DNA of 64,000 nucleotides from Candidatus Eiseniibacteriota bacterium (GTDB lineage Bacteria > Eisenbacteria > RBG-16-71-46). Position 1 is the first letter of the stretch. Every line of letters begins with the position of its first letter. A model generated the notes under the pieces. The model did no database searches, was not told the origin of the DNA, and saw only the letters and a program-made list of their open reading frames with translations. Shown here one piece after another: positions 58,853-64,000 of this stretch. The translations under genes were made by a program, and so were the position numbers. The stretch spans positions 29,788 through 93,787 of the forward strand of contig JBGPFC010000014.1 of assembly GCA_041483195.1 (NCBI GenBank), given 5' to 3'.

Positions 58853-59900
58853 AACGATATCCGGGCTGGTGTTGATGGGAACGCTCGTGGCGCTCGCGGG
58901 CTGCGGCGGGGCGAAGGGTGCAGCCCAGTCGGGCGATCCGCCGGCGCTGCTGGCGGCGAGCGACGTCGCGGCCGTGATCCGCACCGACCTCACCGCCGGG
59001 ATTCCGGTGTCGGGCACGCTCAAGCCGGAATCCGACGTCAACATCACGGCGGCGTTCGACGAGGTGGTCGAGACCGTGCGGGTGCGCGAGGGCCAGGCGG
59101 TCGCGAAGGGTGAGGTGCTGGCGCGCTTCCGCGCCGGGGCGCGCGGGGCCGCCGCCGCGAGCGCCGCGGCCGCTCTCAAGGTGGCCGAGGCCGACTGGGA
59201 GCGGCAGCAGAACCTGTTCAAGGAGGGCGCGGTCTCGCAGCGCGACGTCGACGGCGCCGAGGCCGCGTATCGCGCGGCGCAGGCGAACGCAGCAGACGCC
59301 ACGCGCCGGTTCGACGACGTGACGGTGCGCGCGCCGATCGCGGGCGTGATCGCGACGCGCTCGGTGCAGAGCGGCGATCGCGTGGCGAGCGGCGATCCCA
59401 TGTTCGAGCTGGTGGACACGGCCGAGCTGGAGTTCGAGGCGACGGTCCCGAGCGAATATCTCGAGGCCGTGCAGGTCGGCGCGTCCGTGAACCTCACGGT
59501 GAACGGCTCATCGGGCAGGGACGTCGCCGGCAAGGTGGCGCGCGTCAACGCCGCCGCCGATCCGGCGACGCGCCAGGTGAAGGTGTACGTGCGGGTCGCG
59601 AATCCGAGCCGGCGGCTGGTGAGCGGCCTGTTCGCGTCGGGCACCATCGTCACGAAGCGGGCGCGGCAGACGGTGGCGGTGCCGAGCGCGGCGGTGCACG
59701 CGGACGGCGCGGCCTCGTACGTGCTGGTGGTCGCCGCCGGCAAGCTCGAGCGGCGCGTGGTGCGGATCGGCGTCCGCGACGATGGCCGCGACCTGGTCGA
59801 GGTGATCTCCGGCCTCGCGCCCGGCGACACCGCGGTGGTCGGCCCGATCGAGGGTCTCACCCCGGGACAGCCCGTGCAGATCGCGGGCCGGGCGAGCTGA
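58839..59900 (+). CDS. RND efflux periplasmic adaptor (lipoprotein)
   Basis: Lipobox LAGC; VREGQAVAKGEVLA, LFKEGAVSQRDVD, VRAPIAG, DPATRQ, VEVISGL. Confidence 0.92.
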   Translation: MRIARTISGLVLMGTLVALAGCGGAKGAAQSGDPPALLAASDVAAVIRTDLTAGIPVSGTLKPESDVNITAAFDEVVETVRVREGQAVAKGEVLARFRAGARGAAAASAAAALKVAEADWERQQNLFKEGAVSQRDVDGAEAAYRAAQANAADATRRFDDVTVRAPIAGVIATRSVQSGDRVASGDPMFELVDTAELEFEATVPSEYLEAVQVGASVNLTVNGSSGRDVAGKVARVNAAADPATRQVKVYVRVANPSRRLVSGLFASGTIVTKRARQTVAVPSAAVHADGAASYVLVVAAGKLERRVVRIGVRDDGRDLVEVISGLAPGDTAVVGPIEGLTPGQPVQIAGRAS

Positions 59901-59903
59901 GCC

Positions 59904-62900
59904 ATGTTCCTGAGCGATCTCTCCATCCGCCGTCCGGTGCTCGCCACCATGATGATCGTCGCGCTCGTGGTGCTGGGGATGACGTCCTACCGCCGGCTCG
60001 ACGTGGACCTGTGGCCCAAGGTGGACTTCCCGTTCGTCAGCATCCAGACCGAGTACCCGGGCGCGTCCCCGGAGGCGGTGGAGCGCGAGGTCACGAAGAA
60101 GGTCGAGGAGGCGGTCAACTCGATCGAGGGCGTGAAGCGCGTGTTCTCCAGCTCGAACGAGGGCTACAGCGCGGTCTACATCGAGTTCACGCTCAAGACC
60201 CGGGTGATGGACGCGCTCTCCGACGTGCGCGCCAAGCTCGACGGCATCCGCCGCGACCTGCCCAAGGACATCGATCCGCCGGTCATCTCGCGCTTCGACG
60301 TGACCAGCGAGCCCATCATGACGTTCTCGATCCGCGGCCCGGGCTGGTCGCTGCGCGACCTCACGCGGCTCGCCGAGGAAGACGTGAGCCGCCGCATCCA
60401 GAACATCCCGGGCGTGGGCGGCGTCGGGATCGAGGGCGGCGTGCGGCGCGAGATCCACGCGCTGCTCCTGCCCGAGCGCATGGACGCGCTGGGCGTCTCC
60501 GCCGACATGGTGGTCTCCGCGCTGGAGCGCGAGAACTCCGACGTGCCCGCCGGGCGGATCGAGCGCGGCGCCCGCGAGAACCTGGTGCGCGTGAAGGGAC
60601 GGGTGACCGACCCGCGCGACCTGGGCGAGATCGTGATCGCGACGCGCGGCGGCCGGCCGGTGCGGCTCGCTCAGGTCGCGCGCATCGAGGACGCGCAGGA
60701 GGAGGAGCGCGACGCGGCATTCGTGAACGGCGAGCGCGCCGTGGCGATCGAGGTCCGCAAGGTGTCGGGCGGCAACACCGTGGACATCGCGGACAAGGTC
60801 AACGAGGCGGTCGCGCAGCTCAACCGGGAGCTGCCACGCGGCGCGCACCTCGCGGTGATCCAGGACAACTCGGTGTGGATCCGCCAGTCGGTGGACGACG
60901 TGCAGAAGACGCTGGTCGAGGGCGCCCTGCTCACCATCCTGATCGTGTTCATCTTCCTCAACTCCTGGCGCTCGACCGTCATCACCGGCCTCACGCTGCC
61001 GGTGTCCGTGATCTCGGCGTTCGCGGCATTCCTCGCGTTCGGCTTCACGCTCAACACCATGACGCTGATGGCGCTCTCGCTCGTGATCGGCATCCTGATC
61101 GACGACGCGATCGTGGTGCGCGAGAACATCGTGCGCCACGTCGAGGCCGGCGAGGACCACCACACCGCGGCGCGGCGCGGCACCGCCGAGATCGGCTTCG
61201 CGGTGCTCGCCACCACGCTCTCGATCATCGCGGTGTTCGTGCCGGTCGCGTTCATGGGCGGCATCGTTGGCCGTTTCTTCTATCAGTTCGGGATCGTCGT
61301 GGCGTTCGCGGTCATGGTTTCGCTGTTCGTTTCGTTCACGCTCGATCCGATGCTCTCTTCGAAGTGGTACGACCCGCAGGCGGAGGGCGTGCCGCCGAAG
61401 GGCCCGGTCGGCCGCGCGCTGCGGCGCTTCAACGACGGCTTCGGCACGCTCGGCCAGCGCTACCGCGGGGTGATCCGCTGGGCGCTCGCGCATCGCCTGC
61501 TCACGCTCGGGATCGCGACGGCGTCGTTCGTGCTCGCGCTCGCGCTGCCGATGCTGGGCGCGGTGGGCGGCCAGTTCATGCCCAAGTCGGACGACGAGCA
61601 GACCGCGGTCGCGATCGAGACGCCGGTCGGCTCGTCGATCGCCTACACCTCGGCCAAGGCGCGCGAGGTGGCGGGCTACCTCGAGCAGCGTCCCGAGGTC
61701 GCGTTCACCTACACCTCGATCGGCGGCCCGCAGCACAACAACGCGGTGAACCGCGGGCAGATTTTCGTGAAGCTCAAGCCCCGCCACCAGCGCGTGCTCG
61801 ATCAGCAGGCGTTCGAGGCCGACATCCGCAGGGTGCTGCCGCGCTTCCAGGGCGCGAGCGCGCGCATCCTGCAGCTCGGCGCGGTGGGCGGCTCGGCCGC
61901 GCCGATCGTGATCAAGCTGACCGGACCGGAGCTGCCGAAGCTCCAGGAGATCTCGGATCGCGCGATCGCGAGCATGCGCGACGTGCCGGGGCTGGTCGAG
62001 CTCAAGTCCTCGCTCGAGGGCCGCAAGCCGGAGTGGGTGATCGACGTGGACCGCGACCTCGCGTCGAACGTCGGGCTCTCGGTCGGGCAGGTGGGATCCG
62101 CGCTGCGCCCGGTGCTGGCCGGCCAGAAGGCCGGCGACTGGGAGGACGAGAGCGGGCTCGCGCACGACGTGATCGTGCGCATGGCCCCCGAGGCGCGCAC
62201 CTCGCAGGCCGACCTGCTGCGCGTGCCGATCGCGACCGCGAACCTCGACAAGCGCACCGGCATGCCGGTGATGGTGCCGCTCGGGCAGGTGGCCTCGATG
62301 CGCCGCGGCGGCGCGCCCGACCAGATCGACCGCGAGCGCCTCGAGCGCGTCGCGCGCATCGAGGGCAACTACCAGAGCCGCCCGCTCACCGACGTGGTGC
62401 GCGACGCGCAGGGGCGGCTCGCGAAGCTCGACCTGCCGCCCGGCTACCACTTCGACTTCGGGGGCGAGCAGGCCGACTTCGTCGAGACCGTCGGCTACAT
62501 GACGGAATCGCTCGGGCTGGCGGTGGTGTTCCTCTACCTGATCCTCGCCAGCCAGTTCGGCTCGTTCCTCTACCCGCTGGCGATCATGCTCTCGCTCCCG
62601 CTCTCGATGGTGGGCGTCATGCTCGCGCTCGCGATGACGCGCGGCACGCTCAACATCATGAGCATGATCGGAATCATCATGCTGATGGGGCTCGTGACCA
62701 AGAACGCGATCCTGCTGGTGGACTTCGCGAACCAGGCGCGGCTGCGTGGCAAGGAGCGCTCCGACGCGCTGGTGGACGCCGGCGAGCTGCGGCTGCGGCC
62801 GATCGTGATGACAACGCTCGCCATGATCTTCGGCATGCTGCCGACCGCGCTCGCGCTGGGCGCCGGCTCCGAGTTCCGCGCGCCGATGGCGCACGCCGTG

Positions 62901-63143
62901 ATCGGCGGGCTCATCACGTCGACGCTGCTCACGCTGGTCGTGGTGCCGGTCGTCTACACCTACCTCGACGACTTCGGAGCGTGGGCCGGGGCGTGGGTCA
63001 AGCGCTGGACCGCGGAGCCCGCGAAGGATGCCGCGCACGCGCCGCGACCCGAGCCGGCGCGCGAGCGCGGGCCGGAGGCCGAGCCGGCGCCGATCCCCGC
63101 CGGCGCGACCCCCGCGCGCGCGATGCGGAAGGAAGAGGTGTGA
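59904..63143 (+). CDS. RND efflux permease (AcrB/HAE1 family)
   Basis: SIRRPV, YPGASPEAVE, GILIDDAIVVRENI, VTKNAILLVDFA, RLRPIVMTT. Confidence 0.95.
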   Translation: MFLSDLSIRRPVLATMMIVALVVLGMTSYRRLDVDLWPKVDFPFVSIQTEYPGASPEAVEREVTKKVEEAVNSIEGVKRVFSSSNEGYSAVYIEFTLKTRVMDALSDVRAKLDGIRRDLPKDIDPPVISRFDVTSEPIMTFSIRGPGWSLRDLTRLAEEDVSRRIQNIPGVGGVGIEGGVRREIHALLLPERMDALGVSADMVVSALERENSDVPAGRIERGARENLVRVKGRVTDPRDLGEIVIATRGGRPVRLAQVARIEDAQEEERDAAFVNGERAVAIEVRKVSGGNTVDIADKVNEAVAQLNRELPRGAHLAVIQDNSVWIRQSVDDVQKTLVEGALLTILIVFIFLNSWRSTVITGLTLPVSVISAFAAFLAFGFTLNTMTLMALSLVIGILIDDAIVVRENIVRHVEAGEDHHTAARRGTAEIGFAVLATTLSIIAVFVPVAFMGGIVGRFFYQFGIVVAFAVMVSLFVSFTLDPMLSSKWYDPQAEGVPPKGPVGRALRRFNDGFGTLGQRYRGVIRWALAHRLLTLGIATASFVLALALPMLGAVGGQFMPKSDDEQTAVAIETPVGSSIAYTSAKAREVAGYLEQRPEVAFTYTSIGGPQHNNAVNRGQIFVKLKPRHQRVLDQQAFEADIRRVLPRFQGASARILQLGAVGGSAAPIVIKLTGPELPKLQEISDRAIASMRDVPGLVELKSSLEGRKPEWVIDVDRDLASNVGLSVGQVGSALRPVLAGQKAGDWEDESGLAHDVIVRMAPEARTSQADLLRVPIATANLDKRTGMPVMVPLGQVASMRRGGAPDQIDRERLERVARIEGNYQSRPLTDVVRDAQGRLAKLDLPPGYHFDFGGEQADFVETVGYMTESLGLAVVFLYLILASQFGSFLYPLAIMLSLPLSMVGVMLALAMTRGTLNIMSMIGIIMLMGLVTKNAILLVDFANQARLRGKERSDALVDAGELRLRPIVMTTLAMIFGMLPTALALGAGSEFRAPMAHAVIGGLITSTLLTLVVVPVVYTYLDDFGAWAGAWVKRWTAEPAKDAAHAPRPEPARERGPEAEPAPIPAGATPARAMRKEEV

Positions 63144-63823
63144 GCGTGAACGCGGCGGGCGGCGCCGATGGCGCGAAGCGCCCCCGCGAGCTCGACGCAG
63201 CGTGCGGAGGCGCCGGACTCATGAAGCGCGTCCACGCGTGGCTGATGGCGCGGCACTCCGCCGATTACGAGCTGAAGGTCGCGGAGCGCAAGCGCGCGCT
63301 GTTCGCGGGGATCGATGGCGACGTGCTCGAGATCGGCCCCGGCGCCGGCCCCAACCTCGCGCACCTCTCCCCCGCCGTGCGCTGGATCGGGATCGAGCCC
63401 AATCCGCACATGTGGCCGTACCTGAGGCGCGCCGCAGCCGAGCGCGGGATGTCGATCGTGATCCGGCGCGGGATCGCCGAGCGCATCGAGGCCGAGGATC
63501 GGAGCGTGGACGCCGTGATCGGCACGCTGGTGCTGTGCGGCGTGCGCGATCAGGACGCGTCGCTCGCGGAGGTCCGTCGCGTGCTGAGGCCCGGCGGCCG
63601 CTACGCGTTCGTCGAACACGTCGCGGCGCCGCGCGGCACCGGCCTGCGCCGCGCGCAGGAATTCGTGAGGCCGCTCTGGAAGATGGCGTTCGACGGCTGC
63701 GAGCCGAGTCGCGAGACCTGGGGCGCCATCGAGCGCGCGGGGTTCGCGAGCGTCCAGCTCGAGCACGTGCGCGTGGAGGGTGGCCTCGCGGCGCCGCACA
63801 TCTTCGGGGTCGCGATCCGCTGA
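63140..63823 (+). CDS. Class I SAM-dependent methyltransferase (METTL7/TMT1-like)
   Basis: GTG 63140 overlaps the RND stop (alternative ATG 63221 with GGAGG); VLEIGPGAGPN, GIEPNPHM, TLVLC, LRPGG...VEHV, DGC. Confidence 0.85.
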   Translation: MSVNAAGGADGAKRPRELDAACGGAGLMKRVHAWLMARHSADYELKVAERKRALFAGIDGDVLEIGPGAGPNLAHLSPAVRWIGIEPNPHMWPYLRRAAAERGMSIVIRRGIAERIEAEDRSVDAVIGTLVLCGVRDQDASLAEVRRVLRPGGRYAFVEHVAAPRGTGLRRAQEFVRPLWKMAFDGCEPSRETWGAIERAGFASVQLEHVRVEGGLAAPHIFGVAIR

Positions 63824-63860
63824 GCCGCCGGGCGCTGCACGCGCCACCCGCGGCCGGCCG

Positions 63861-64000
63861 CTAGGAGCCTGTCCGAGTATTCGCAACGTCGGCGCGCATG
63901 ATCCGAGATCCTGGGTGGTGCGCGTCGATCGTCGTTTCGGCCGGCCTGCGAAGGGATCCGCGACGCCCTCGGCGGCGGTCGACCTCGCCCCGGGCCACGG
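63861..64000. mobile_element. Probable left end of a MITE or IS5/IS1182-like element
   Basis: CTAG immediately followed by GAGCCTGTCCGAGTA in non-coding DNA just after a stop codon, resembling terminal inverted repeats of IS-derived miniature elements as I recall them; the other end is not in the window. Confidence 0.4.

Noticed and set aside
9628..63823. Apparent fusions or long N-terminal extensions in the ORF track (9628-11637, 12517-16530, 40682-44053, 52071-54602, 53540-55423, 60011-63823)
   Set aside because: Real starts lie at stop-overlapping ATG/GTG codons; the extensions are off-frame read-through of the upstream gene, not fusions or frameshifts

Overview
High-GC bacterial DNA with no rRNA, tRNA or CRISPR array visible. 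The FlgD/T9SS-like C-terminal domains, WGxxKxxYR tails, FG-GAP proteins and a TolB-propeller Ser/Thr kinase suggest a diderm FCB-group lineage such as Candidatus Eisenbacteria (inference). (1) Bases 1-19 kb are a LacI-controlled glycan-utilisation locus, probably for beta-glucan (beta-1,2-glucan by family inference). Its left arm encodes a CBM9-like CTD protein, a TonB-dependent receptor and a >950 aa non-SusD partner that the ORF track misses. Its right arm encodes a GH144-like glycoamylase-family lipoprotein, a sugar ABC transporter and a CBM/discoidin/(alpha/alpha)6 enzyme. A GH1 and a TM-tailed surface protein are convergent with the right arm. Three LacI-type operators share the same TTGAC-N16-operator spacing. 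(2) 19-36 kb holds secreted proteins, a TetR/ABC pair whose ATPase appears to start at ATC, a His-tailed DMT transporter, a chrB/DUF1259/chrF/YncE cluster without chrA, and an AmpG-type MFS. (3) 36-52 kb holds a kinase/methyltransferase/transporter run, a choice-of-anchor V protein, a CPBP protease, TfoX and two FG-GAP surface proteins. (4) 52-64 kb holds a four-gene polysaccharide-tailoring operon, a TetR-TolC-MFP-RND efflux operon with a methyltransferase, and a probable MITE/IS end. Best candidates for an undescribed system: the SusD-less TonB receptor/giant-partner glycan-capture locus, and three coexisting C-terminal sorting signals, including a short WGxxKxxYR tail next to a CPBP protease. 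All family calls come from motif recognition by eye; no searches were run.
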